A program made the position numbers and the translations under genes. Below the pieces are notes generated by a model. That model saw only the letters and a list, made by a program, of their open reading frames with translations. It had not been told where the DNA came from and did not search any database. Shown here in pieces: positions 9,727-19,671 of a DNA stretch of 64,000 nt (the stretch's first letter is position 1; every line of letters begins with the position of its first letter). This DNA is from a virus: IMG/VR virus record IMGVR_UViG_3300009527_000006, positions 1-64,000 of that record. One strand, given 5' to 3'.

Positions 9727-11244
9727 ATGAGACGTAATTTATACTCAGACACCGATCACCTCCTAGATGAGGATTATAGTAACCGCGTTCACGCACGTTG
9801 GGCAAAAGTGCTCAACTTTGATAAAAATGGCGTAAAGCCAGTTGAAGGAACTCATAAGCGTATCGCTACTGCTATGGTCCTTGAAAACCAATCACGCTGG
9901 ATGGAAAAAAATGGCTTAGGTCTTCTTCAAGAAGCTCCTATCACTGCTACTGGAAGCACCGGAAATGGCCCATGGGGAGCACATTCAACCGTCAACCATG
10001 GCGGAGGTCAAGACGGAAATCTAACTTCACAAGACTTTTATGCTTCTGGTGATGCTAGACTACCTACCACCATTATTCCTATGCTGCGCAGAACTTTCCC
10101 TGAGTTAATCACTCATGAGATCGTTGGTGTTCAGCCTATGTCTGCTCCTGTTGGACTTGCATTTGCTCTTCGTTATTTCTATGATAATGAGTCTCTGACT
10201 TGTGATCCATACAATGATAGTAATTGTGATAGAGACAAGACTTTCTATCAACCATTACCAGCTTCCCAAGTGGCATCGGCTGCCCAAGAAGCAGGTTATC
10301 GCAATCTTCATACTAATTATACTGGCGTAACTGCTGAAGGTCTTTCTGGTGGCGATTGTTTCCCATTTGTAACTGAAGACACTGGTATTGCTCAACTTAC
10401 CTCTCATTTTGAAGGAGCTTCAAACTTCCCAACAATGAGCCTGAGAATTGATAAGCGTGCCATCGAAGCAGGAACTCGTAGACTTGCAACTGGTTTCACA
10501 ACCGAAGTTGAACAAGACCTCAAAAACATGAACGGCATTGACATTGATACTGAGATGACCAACATGATGAGCTATGAAATTCAAGCTGAGATTGACCGTG
10601 AGATGATCATGAGAATGATTCAAATCTGTCTTGATACTGGCCTTGGTTCTGGTGTTTCTATCTGGAAGCCTAGTCTTGCCGATGGACGCTGGTATGCAGA
10701 GAAGAGTGTTAACTTCTACATCAAATTAGTAAATGAGTCTAACTTGCTTGCTATTAAGAACCGTAGGGGAGCTGCTAACTTTATCGTGGCAACACCGAAA
10801 GTTTGCACAATTCTTCAGTCTCTGAAAGAATTCCGTAACTATACCATTTCTTCTGATGTTCAAACCCATCCTAATGGTATCGCTCGCGTAGGAACTCTTG
10901 CTGGTCAATTCACCATTTATCGTGATACTCGTATGACTTCACAATATCTCAGTGGTTCTCGTTCCAGCACAGTAGAATATGCTCTTCTTGGTTACAAGGG
11001 TGCTGAATACTGGGATACTGGCCTGATCTATTGCCCATATATTCCTGTTATTGTTCAAAGAGCAATGACTCCCGGAACATTTGAGAGCAGAGTTGGTATG
11101 ATGACTCGCTATGCAATCATGGATAACCTTTTCGGAAGCGAAAATTATTATCACCTGATCATTGCTAAAGAACTGGATGCTGTTGGAATTGACTGCACCT
11201 CTGCTTGTGAGCCTACAGGTTGCCAAACTCGTTACATGATGTAA
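9727..11244 (+). CDS. gp23: Major capsid protein (gp23)
   Basis: TAMVLENQ, GVQPMSAPVGLAFALR, EIQAEIDRE, YCPYIP and GMMTRY motifs. Confidence 0.97.
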   Translation: MRRNLYSDTDHLLDEDYSNRVHARWAKVLNFDKNGVKPVEGTHKRIATAMVLENQSRWMEKNGLGLLQEAPITATGSTGNGPWGAHSTVNHGGGQDGNLTSQDFYASGDARLPTTIIPMLRRTFPELITHEIVGVQPMSAPVGLAFALRYFYDNESLTCDPYNDSNCDRDKTFYQPLPASQVASAAQEAGYRNLHTNYTGVTAEGLSGGDCFPFVTEDTGIAQLTSHFEGASNFPTMSLRIDKRAIEAGTRRLATGFTTEVEQDLKNMNGIDIDTEMTNMMSYEIQAEIDREMIMRMIQICLDTGLGSGVSIWKPSLADGRWYAEKSVNFYIKLVNESNLLAIKNRRGAANFIVATPKVCTILQSLKEFRNYTISSDVQTHPNGIARVGTLAGQFTIYRDTRMTSQYLSGSRSSTVEYALLGYKGAEYWDTGLIYCPYIPVIVQRAMTPGTFESRVGMMTRYAIMDNLFGSENYYHLIIAKELDAVGIDCTSACEPTGCQTRYMM

Positions 11245-11263
11245 TTTGAGACAGTAACATGTT

Positions 11264-11297
11264 AAAAGCCCGTATAGAGTTTCTATACGGGCTTTTT
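11264..11297. terminator. Bidirectional terminator
   Basis: AAAAGCCCGTATAGA-GTT-TCTATACGGGCTTTT. Confidence 0.85.
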
Positions 11298-11317
11298 ATT
11301 TTCTTTTTATAAAATAA

Positions 11318-13423
11318 TTACATTACATAATCTACTACATCATTGAAAGTCATTTGGTCTTTTTCTGTAATGTCAATATTTTTGAATAATTGAATTATAA
11401 GTTCTGTGACATGCTCATCTTCGTCATATGAAAAAATATCTAAAAATTGGTTGAGCATTTTGTAATTACCTTTTTGTGCCATATGAATTAGAACTGCAAA
11501 TACATTTTCCCAAGATGCAGTAACATCTATTTTTAGATAATCTGGAGCATTATAACTAATAGGTCTATAGGTCATAGTATTACTACTATTGCTCTTAATT
11601 GAATAAAAATAGGATGGTATATGTTCATCATTAGACATATCAACAGTCCGTGCAAAATTTACATCCATATTAATCGGCAAAGTATAAGAAGGTATGATTT
11701 TTCTTGCTAATGCTTGTAAACCTAATGTGAATTGCGAGAGCATCTCACCTTCACCACGCTCCCTGCTATATTTATATTCTTTTATAAATTCTCTAACTAA
11801 AATTAGTGACTTACTTTCACCTATTTTTTTATCTATATCAAACATTTTAAGTAGGACTAGGCGATTCTCTTTGTTATTTGTTATAAAATCTGATAATATG
11901 CCAGAATCAACTAAAGATTCATCAGAATCTTTATCTGTTCTCAAAGATTCAATAAAAGTCAAACTATTTAATAGAGGTAGTGCCCAATAATCCTCATTTT
12001 CATAAACATCTGACTGATAAGCATAATCAATAGTGTTATTTTTTCCTCTCATAATAGTATACAACACTTCGTTTACTTGATCCGTTATATGTTGAATCAA
12101 TATATCTTCATCTATAGTCTCGTCTTCCTCATCTAAGATATATCTATCAACTCTTGTTGCGGGAATAGTTATGCGTAACATAGCTACATCAGGAGAATAA
12201 TCGGTTTCTAAAGTAAAATGATATTTTCTTTTATCATAAAGTCTGTCAACAGTAATATTATGAAAATTTTTCTGCATATAAGTTTTAGGTATAACTAATT
12301 TTACAACAGGAGCAAAGTTAATGTTATCTCTGTCACCTTCACTCATAGAGAGTCGTTTCACAAAAAAATATCTTTCTGCCAGTAAATCAAGCTTTTCGCT
12401 TATTGCATAATTTCCAACAAATTCATATATCTGATCTAAACAACGCTCTCTATGATGTTCTGAGTCTAATTCTTCATTATTTTCAGTATTATAAGAAACA
12501 TCTTTATTCCACAATTTTTCAACAATATTAGATATTTCATATCCATAATCCTCGTAACTGCCGCCTTTTAATGTCAAAGTATCATCCCAATTAAATTCAG
12601 TCACATCTTGTTTTTTAGCCCAACGAATAAACTGTTGTTGAAGATCATTATTCACAGAATACCCCGATTTTCCATAAATTTTGGTCACAGGAACTGCTAC
12701 AGTATTTCCATCAGAGTCTATTATACATCGTATTCGCATTCTCGCCAACGGCTGTATCCCATCAACATCACGGTCTGAATCTGAAAAAATCTCATCATCT
12801 TGTAGATGATCTTTTATTTTATCAAAATCATCATTAGTAATCAAATAAACTACGCCAGCATTTAGCATAGCATCCGCAATAGCGCAGTAATAATACTGTC
12901 CTCCCGGAGCATGGCAGCTTCTAGAAGTCCAATTAAAATCTCCCATACGTAATACATCAACAGGTGCTCTACTGTAAATTACAGTATATTGTGTTTTAGT
13001 GGCATTATCATATTGTTTTTTAAGATCCGGTATTTTGAGATATTTATCAATAGCCTCGATTCGTCTCATCACAGTATCAACATGTGATTGAGGAAGATCT
13101 GGGTTATCCTTTAGATGGGTCTCATATTCTCTTTTCTTATTGAAAAGTATCTTTCCTATTTTAATAGGATTCTTTTTATTAATATCCTTTTCTTTAACAC
13201 CTGTCCATGAAGGAAAATCCAGATTATATCCTGCCGTAACTGCTTGTAAATTATCAGCATATTCTTTTCCGCCTGCAAGAGGCTCTGCAATGCGAACTTT
13301 GTCTCCGAAAATATTATTAAATGGTAATTCTTTTTTATCTAGAAGAGATTTTACATCTGTGGTTATTTTAGAACTTTCTAATCTATGTTGTTCTATCTCT
13401 TGTATCAACTTATAATTTCTCAT
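11318..13423 (-). CDS. Large hypothetical protein
   Basis: 701 aa; SRAPVDVLRMGD..SCH motif. Confidence 0.7.
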   Translation of the reverse strand: MRNYKLIQEIEQHRLESSKITTDVKSLLDKKELPFNNIFGDKVRIAEPLAGGKEYADNLQAVTAGYNLDFPSWTGVKEKDINKKNPIKIGKILFNKKREYETHLKDNPDLPQSHVDTVMRRIEAIDKYLKIPDLKKQYDNATKTQYTVIYSRAPVDVLRMGDFNWTSRSCHAPGGQYYYCAIADAMLNAGVVYLITNDDFDKIKDHLQDDEIFSDSDRDVDGIQPLARMRIRCIIDSDGNTVAVPVTKIYGKSGYSVNNDLQQQFIRWAKKQDVTEFNWDDTLTLKGGSYEDYGYEISNIVEKLWNKDVSYNTENNEELDSEHHRERCLDQIYEFVGNYAISEKLDLLAERYFFVKRLSMSEGDRDNINFAPVVKLVIPKTYMQKNFHNITVDRLYDKRKYHFTLETDYSPDVAMLRITIPATRVDRYILDEEDETIDEDILIQHITDQVNEVLYTIMRGKNNTIDYAYQSDVYENEDYWALPLLNSLTFIESLRTDKDSDESLVDSGILSDFITNNKENRLVLLKMFDIDKKIGESKSLILVREFIKEYKYSRERGEGEMLSQFTLGLQALARKIIPSYTLPINMDVNFARTVDMSNDEHIPSYFYSIKSNSSNTMTYRPISYNAPDYLKIDVTASWENVFAVLIHMAQKGNYKMLNQFLDIFSYDEDEHVTELIIQLFKNIDITEKDQMTFNDVVDYVM

Positions 13424-13424
13424 T

Positions 13425-14039
13425 TTAGATATTTATTATTTCTGAACTTCCTGTAATATTATCTTCATGACTATTATCCTCTAAAATTCTTTGTCTTGCC
13501 TTTTCTTTTTCCAATGCATTTCCGCAAATAAAATCAAATATAGTTTCTCTGTTTGCAGATATAAAAGCATTGTTCTGTTGCAGAAGAACTGCATTTTTAT
13601 CATTTTTACTACCAGATATTGCTATTTTTTCGGATGCTATTTTTTCCTTTGAACTGATATTCATTTCTGTGAGAGTTTTTTTAAGTTCTTGCTCTTTTGT
13701 CTTCAGTTCAAGTTCTTTTTCTTTCAAGAATCTTTCTTGTTTAAGTTTCTCTTGCTCAGTAACTATCATAGATAGAACTTTAAGGTTCTCTGTATTAGCT
13801 TTAGAGACGCTAGAGAAGCTTTCTAAGTAACCCGCCTCACCAGTTGCCACAGCAAGAGCACGGGCCTCTTCTAGAGCCTTCTTATTATGAAGAATGTTGC
13901 CCACCAATTGTTCTATAGTGGCAAAAATAGGGTCTTTTTCAAACTTAGTCAAATCTGCGGTTTCATTTGTAGAATCTTCCTCTGAAGGCTTTCCAATATC
14001 ATCACGCAAAGCATTTAATAATCTATCTATATCACTCAT
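13425..14039 (-). CDS. Terminase small subunit (gp16-like)
   Basis: Helical ALEEARALA..GEAGYLE..SKAN segment and C-terminal NNAFISANRETI resemble T4-like gp16. Confidence 0.55.
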   Translation of the reverse strand: MSDIDRLLNALRDDIGKPSEEDSTNETADLTKFEKDPIFATIEQLVGNILHNKKALEEARALAVATGEAGYLESFSSVSKANTENLKVLSMIVTEQEKLKQERFLKEKELELKTKEQELKKTLTEMNISSKEKIASEKIAISGSKNDKNAVLLQQNNAFISANRETIFDFICGNALEKEKARQRILEDNSHEDNITGSSEIINI

Positions 14040-14072
14040 ATTTTTATTTAGAAAACGACTATAATGTTACAA

Positions 14073-14939
14073 TTATTTCAACAAAGAAAGAATTTTATTC
14101 AATTTTTCTTGTTCAGTCTCTTCATTGCTATTCTTCAATAAAAGAATGTAATATTCTATAGATGTGTATATAGTTTTCAAAATTCGTTTTCTATTATATG
14201 AATTTCTATTAATGTATCTTGCATCATCTATAATATCTCTTTGAACATAATTCATAGTTCTTTTAATATCATGATTATGATGTATTTGATGAGACGTATA
14301 ATCAACACTTTTTATATACTTTCTAAGAAATTCCTGAATAACTGAATTTACTTCTGATTCAGCATTGTAATAACTATCATAATCCATTGCACTGTCTGTT
14401 TTATTTTTATCAACCTTCTTATATAACCTAGTAGTTACATCGTAGTAATCTAACAATGATTCTGTATCAGTTTTTTTATTTTGCGATTTGCTGTCCAATG
14501 GCTCAACTATCTCATGCAAATCCTCTTCAGCATGGGAAAATTCATGGTGAAGAATCTCTAATAGCTCATTAGGTATATATGACTTGAGTTCGTTGAATGA
14601 GTATGACTCATTAGGATCTGTATTTTTGAATATATTGTCAATAATAACATAAACCTTTTCTTGTTCGGAGGAATAAAAAGCAGTCAATTCATCTAAATCA
14701 CATGAATAGCCGTCACCACATTTGAACAGTTTTTTAATAGGATTTGTTATTTTTTTTACAAATTTAGTAACTATTTTATTTCCATTAAATTCTACTGCCA
14801 CTTCATGCCCAGAATATAGTCTATCAGAATTTTGAAAGGATTTTATAATTTCATCCACAATATCACTGAAAAGGATATAATTTTCTACAAAACTTTTTCT
14901 TTCTAATAATATCTTAAAGTGTTTAGAAAATGATAACAT
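14073..14939 (-). CDS. Putative zinc metallopeptidase (HExxH)
   Basis: ILHHEFSH and downstream YYNAESEVNS; likely start 14939 after ATAAATA. Confidence 0.55.
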   Translation of the reverse strand: MLSFSKHFKILLERKSFVENYILFSDIVDEIIKSFQNSDRLYSGHEVAVEFNGNKIVTKFVKKITNPIKKLFKCGDGYSCDLDELTAFYSSEQEKVYVIIDNIFKNTDPNESYSFNELKSYIPNELLEILHHEFSHAEEDLHEIVEPLDSKSQNKKTDTESLLDYYDVTTRLYKKVDKNKTDSAMDYDSYYNAESEVNSVIQEFLRKYIKSVDYTSHQIHHNHDIKRTMNYVQRDIIDDARYINRNSYNRKRILKTIYTSIEYYILLLKNSNEETEQEKLNKILSLLK

Positions 14940-14956
14940 ATAGTAAGTATTTATCT

Positions 14957-15226
14957 GTGAAAAACATATTGTTGTCTGTCTATTGTGGATTTGCGTTAAT
15001 TTCATGTAATTTGAAGGACACTGGTGCGCGTCCAGAAAATGATGAAATGAAAACTTACACATCATTTCCTAGTTTTCCTGAATTGAAAGAATATTCCAAA
15101 AAACCTATTATAGGAACCCAACAAGGAAATTTTATAGTTACTGATGAATTTTTAGGCAATTCTCTAAAATATAAAAATTACGCAGAACGCATTGAATTGT
15201 GGAAAGGTGCTAATGGAATTAAGTAA
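14957..15226 (+). CDS. Putative lipoprotein
   Basis: GTG start; KNILLSVYCGFALIS-C lipobox-like signal; TAAGTA 6 nt upstream. Confidence 0.5.
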   Translation: MKNILLSVYCGFALISCNLKDTGARPENDEMKTYTSFPSFPELKEYSKKPIIGTQQGNFIVTDEFLGNSLKYKNYAERIELWKGANGIK

Positions 15227-15512
15227 TAGGATGGATACTTTATATCGGCTAATAGCAGAAGCCACTAATAGCGCAGACAAAACGATTTCACAACAACTAG
15301 ATCATATGTCTAGATTGATACAAAATAGTAAAGCTATACTGACTCCGGTTCAAATAAAAGCATCTTCTATTATGAATGAAAAGGATATTCAAAATTTTCT
15401 TTACCATCTAAAAGAAAACTATTCTGCATTAGACAGAATGGAAATGATAATTGAAAAATATCGACAAAAAATAGCTATGCCAAATTATAGAGAAGAACAA
15501 TTTGAAGATTAA
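15192..15512 (+). CDS. Hypothetical helical protein
   Basis: ORF, likely start MELSN. Confidence 0.55.
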   Translation: MNCGKVLMELSNRMDTLYRLIAEATNSADKTISQQLDHMSRLIQNSKAILTPVQIKASSIMNEKDIQNFLYHLKENYSALDRMEMIIEKYRQKIAMPNYREEQFED

Positions 15513-15546
15513 AAAAATCCCGTCCTTAATTAAGGACGGGATTTTT
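15513..15546. terminator. Bidirectional terminator
   Basis: AAAAATCCCGTCCTTAA/TTAAGGACGGGATTTTT palindrome. Confidence 0.85.
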
Positions 15547-15559
15547 CATTTTATAGATT

Positions 15560-18500
15560 TTATTCTATGTTGTTAAGGGTCACTCCGCTACGCTCAATTT
15601 GAAGATTGATTAGGACATGCTTGACGGCACGTATCCATTGCACATAATCTGCGACATTGAGAACACCTCTATCAACCAAATCTGGTGGATTGTTGTCTCT
15701 ATCACACTTAACCAAGAAGTCTGCTAAACCGCCATTATCTTTGACAAATTCAAGAATACTAGAATGGTCATTTTTAAGACTAGTTCTAGTATTAATACTG
15801 TTGGGTTTTCCAACAAATCGTCTAGAAGAAGCAATAAGAGCTTTGCCTACCCATAACATACCTCTACGAATATATTCTTCAGAAAGAGCTGATGTTTCTT
15901 TCTGTAGAGTGTTGCTATCATATACAATATATCCTTCTGGGAATTTTACAATAGAATTGGCACCAGCAATAGATATTAAATCTCGGTCCTTTTGTGAAGG
16001 ATTGATTGCTAAATCAACTACATTGCTAAGTTTTCCATTTTCAATACCAAAGGCAGGAGTCCATGCAAAATTTGTAGAATCATTTCTGCAAAGATTTGCT
16101 GCTACAAATGCTGATGGTCCGTACCATCCAAAACTGTCCGTGCTACTATCATAAGTTTTGATCCAGTTTGCTTCAGTAGAAGCAAAATTAGAATTGATCT
16201 TAGACAGCAGATTTTTGAGAGGCGTGTAGATATTTCTTGAGAAAGTAGAATATCTGTTAGAAGGTTGACCTGTAACAGGATCTAAGACTAACTTTTTCTG
16301 TCTTCCTGAAACTTTATAATCTTTTCCATTGATAAAGATTTGACGAAGTGGATCTAGTTTAACTAATGATCCGGCATCTCCTGCGTTTTTGCGAGTATGC
16401 TGCCCAAAGTTAATTAGAACATTTGCCACTGTTGCCCATGCTTCAGCAATATTGCTGAACATATCTGTTCCATTAAAAGATGCCAAGCTATCAGTATCAA
16501 CAAAATAGGTATCATCGAAATAATAGCACACACTTGGGTCAGTTATACAGTCGTCCGCAACGACAGCTTGACGGGTTGACCATATAGTAGACAGTCCTGC
16601 ATCAACAACAATATCAACTGGGAAATCTAATGGGTTTTCTACGCCCATGAGTGCTCTTTCAAGCTTGAGGGGAAGATTTCCAATATCTTTAGTTTTGCAC
16701 AGTTCAAGGGCAACATCCTTACAATGACTATTATAATTGCCTACTCCATACAGTTTATCGCCATAATTTTTAAGAGCCTGCTGAGTATCAAAATTATCAA
16801 ATACTGTTGCGGTTTTTTCTCTATACATTCTTACAGTTTTTTGCGGAACGCCATCTGCTGAATTCCAACAATTATTTTTAGAAAGGTACGGATTTACAAA
16901 CATCTTAACTTTACGAGAAGCATTTACTGCATCTTCAATAAAGACAGAACGAGGAGCACCGCCATATTCGTCAAATACCTTTCTTCCACTATTAAGACTT
17001 CCTATATATTTTTCTACTAATACAGCATCTAATTTATTGATTGTTTCAGTTAAACGTGAAGGACGTAATTTGAAGAGACTGACTGATAGAGAATCATTAT
17101 ATTCTTTATTAGCAAAATTAGGGCCAGACGTTTTTTCAACTATTTCAGAAATGCTATTACGAGTTCCTTGGAAAGTCTCAGAAACTTTAAAATTCCAACG
17201 ATTTTCAGGAACATCTACCCATTCACCAGTAACTCCGGGGCAAAGAGTATCATAATATCCTGCCACAGCAGTTAAATCATTAAAGTCTGTTGCAGGATTG
17301 ACATTTAAGTTATCATTGACTGCAAGGTAGTATCCGCTAAAATCTTCTAGCTGTGCTGCTTTAATTTTATTGACTACTACGATACCTGCTCTTACATCAT
17401 TTTCAACTACATCCAATTCAGGATCTACGTTTGCAAAAGTTCCGCACTTCCAATTAAATTGACCATTTTCTAATAATTCGTATTCTGCTTCTGATAAACT
17501 TCTCGCTACTGGTTCTCCAATAACATAAAAATTAGCATCATTAAGCTGAGCTTCGCCTTCAAGAGGATAAAAGGTATAACGATCTTTTTCAGGAACTTTT
17601 AATCCAAGTTCTTCTACAGTTTGACAAGAAAGACCTACTACTACAGGTGTAGCACAAAAACTGATAAGGCTGTCTTGAGTAGTAGCTGCTAATGCGGAGA
17701 TTTCAACAGAGAAAGTTTCTCCTATTTGGAAATCTCCTAAAGAAGTCAGTCCAGTGTTGTACGTATTAGCAACAGCAGGATCTGCATCAAAGTATTTCAA
17801 AACACCTCCGTCAGAATATGTCCCAAAAATATCTCCAGCACTAACAGGAATACCTGATAGAGTTTGGCCAGTTAAAAATCCTTCAGTGACAGTGAATGAT
17901 GTAGCATAAGGACTGCTTGCAAGATCTACAATCAATCTCTTACCGTCATTAGACAGATTAGATTGATCTTCATCCATAGTAGCATATACGTTACTAAGTT
18001 CGATATAATTGACTACTTCATATGAAATGTTATCTCCGCTAGTTGTAGGGCGAAGTTGCACAACAACTAATTCTTCTTGAGTAGAGTCAGAATCTACTAC
18101 AAATTTGAATCCTGTCAATATAGAATCATAAGAAACAGGGTGATTATGAACATAAAGAGTATTTCCTACTTCATTTTTAGACGAAAGAGGACAATCTAAA
18201 TTTGCACTTCCATAACACAGAGAAGACTTTTTATAATGAACATTGTATAGCTCAGGAAATTCTGTTCTACAAGTATCCTCGTCAATATCACGGAAATAAT
18301 CACATGCAGATGTTTCTACAGCAGAAACACCGATGATAGGATATACTAATGCAGAATAATTATCAGAATAAGAAAATCCTCCACCAGAGCCGAATGGCAT
18401 ACGTGTGAATAACACGTTGCCCGGAGATGTGGTTAGAATTTGTTTAACTGCATTGTGCGAATATCTAGTAGCAGGACACGTAGGTAAACCGAAAGTTTCC

Positions 18501-18667
18501 TCATACTGTTCCATGTTACTTACGAAAGTTGGTTCTTCGGATGGACCTTGTTCAGTAAATCCTGCGATCAAGACAGTTGTTCCGATAGGAGTAGTAATAA
18601 CCTCAGAATTGTCTGTCTCACGCAGTTCTACCGATGGTGAATAATGTATTGGTAAAAATGTTGCCAT
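15560..18667 (-). CDS. gp18: Tail sheath protein (gp18) with large insertions
   Basis: SPSVELRETD, GFTEQGP..FG N-terminus; WTPAFG; VKCDRDNNPPDLVDRG C-terminus. Confidence 0.92.
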   Translation of the reverse strand: MATFLPIHYSPSVELRETDNSEVITTPIGTTVLIAGFTEQGPSEEPTFVSNMEQYEETFGLPTCPATRYSHNAVKQILTTSPGNVLFTRMPFGSGGGFSYSDNYSALVYPIIGVSAVETSACDYFRDIDEDTCRTEFPELYNVHYKKSSLCYGSANLDCPLSSKNEVGNTLYVHNHPVSYDSILTGFKFVVDSDSTQEELVVVQLRPTTSGDNISYEVVNYIELSNVYATMDEDQSNLSNDGKRLIVDLASSPYATSFTVTEGFLTGQTLSGIPVSAGDIFGTYSDGGVLKYFDADPAVANTYNTGLTSLGDFQIGETFSVEISALAATTQDSLISFCATPVVVGLSCQTVEELGLKVPEKDRYTFYPLEGEAQLNDANFYVIGEPVARSLSEAEYELLENGQFNWKCGTFANVDPELDVVENDVRAGIVVVNKIKAAQLEDFSGYYLAVNDNLNVNPATDFNDLTAVAGYYDTLCPGVTGEWVDVPENRWNFKVSETFQGTRNSISEIVEKTSGPNFANKEYNDSLSVSLFKLRPSRLTETINKLDAVLVEKYIGSLNSGRKVFDEYGGAPRSVFIEDAVNASRKVKMFVNPYLSKNNCWNSADGVPQKTVRMYREKTATVFDNFDTQQALKNYGDKLYGVGNYNSHCKDVALELCKTKDIGNLPLKLERALMGVENPLDFPVDIVVDAGLSTIWSTRQAVVADDCITDPSVCYYFDDTYFVDTDSLASFNGTDMFSNIAEAWATVANVLINFGQHTRKNAGDAGSLVKLDPLRQIFINGKDYKVSGRQKKLVLDPVTGQPSNRYSTFSRNIYTPLKNLLSKINSNFASTEANWIKTYDSSTDSFGWYGPSAFVAANLCRNDSTNFAWTPAFGIENGKLSNVVDLAINPSQKDRDLISIAGANSIVKFPEGYIVYDSNTLQKETSALSEEYIRRGMLWVGKALIASSRRFVGKPNSINTRTSLKNDHSSILEFVKDNGGLADFLVKCDRDNNPPDLVDRGVLNVADYVQWIRAVKHVLINLQIERSGVTLNNIE

Positions 18668-18719
18668 AAATCATATTTAGATAATTTCGGCAAAATAAAC
18701 TGTTTAATAAATAGCAAAG

Positions 18720-19028
18720 CTAATTAGTAACTGATTTAGTGATGTATTTTCCTAGAGAAGAAACATACTTTCCTACGTATCTCCACCTAGATACGTCATG
18801 TGCAACCGTAACGGTTTTATCGAAAGATTTAGTATTATCTCTAGAATCTACTATAAGAACTCTATCGGCATTTATAGTAGAACCGTTAATATTTAGGCTT
18901 ACATTTCCTGTGGCCGCAATATAGCCTTCGGTTTTGCTTCCTAAATCTACATCTTTTCCAAAGGGAGTATTGGTGTAACTGCAAGAAAATAATGCCATGC
19001 TTAAAGTTAATAAAAAATAAATTTTCAT
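18720..19028 (-). CDS. Putative lipoprotein
   Basis: MKIYFLLTLSMALFS-C signal. Confidence 0.6.
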   Translation of the reverse strand: MKIYFLLTLSMALFSCSYTNTPFGKDVDLGSKTEGYIAATGNVSLNINGSTINADRVLIVDSRDNTKSFDKTVTVAHDVSRWRYVGKYVSSLGKYITKSVTN

Positions 19029-19030
19029 AA

Positions 19031-19642
19031 TTATATTGTTTTGTTCATTTCTACTGAATTGAATTTGAAAGAAAAGTCAGTTTCTATCTGGTCAGTTTCT
19101 TTCTGAGATATATTTAGACTGCCTAGCTTGTTAATAAAACAATCATTAAAGACCCATTCCATAACAGGCCGTTCTCTTTCAAAATTATCCATAGCAATAA
19201 TATTAATTTTACATGAATAATCTCCTATATTCTTAGAATAATTGTAATTTCCATCATTTAATAACTTCAGCCATTCCCATAAGATATAATAGTTATTGTA
19301 TCTATTATCTACTACAAAATTCACTGTTACAGGTGAATATGTCGAACGACCGTGTGAAGATATTGCTAGTGGTGTTCCACGATATTTAAAATCTAATTCT
19401 TGGATAGTTGTCTCTGGAACAGAATAAGCATTTATAGTAAAAATAAACCGATCTTCATCTGCATTTATACATTTTTTCTCAACTAATCTCCTTTTAAGTC
19501 CACAAGGAAGAGTTAATACCAATTCAAAGTTATCCTTCCTAGCATAATTGGTATAACTTTCAGTATCAGATGAATAAGATTGCTGTGGTTCAATGACCTG
19601 ACAAGACTTGTCAAAAACCGGAATTTCTGGAAAAGAACTCAT
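19031..19642 (-). CDS. Tail tube/tail completion family protein (gp3/gp19-like)
   Basis: YSPVTVNFVVDNRYNNYYILWEWL; FNDCF..LG. Confidence 0.7.
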   Translation of the reverse strand: MSSFPEIPVFDKSCQVIEPQQSYSSDTESYTNYARKDNFELVLTLPCGLKRRLVEKKCINADEDRFIFTINAYSVPETTIQELDFKYRGTPLAISSHGRSTYSPVTVNFVVDNRYNNYYILWEWLKLLNDGNYNYSKNIGDYSCKINIIAMDNFERERPVMEWVFNDCFINKLGSLNISQKETDQIETDFSFKFNSVEMNKTI

Positions 19643-19671
19643 TTTATCATACTTAATTGGTAATTATATAT

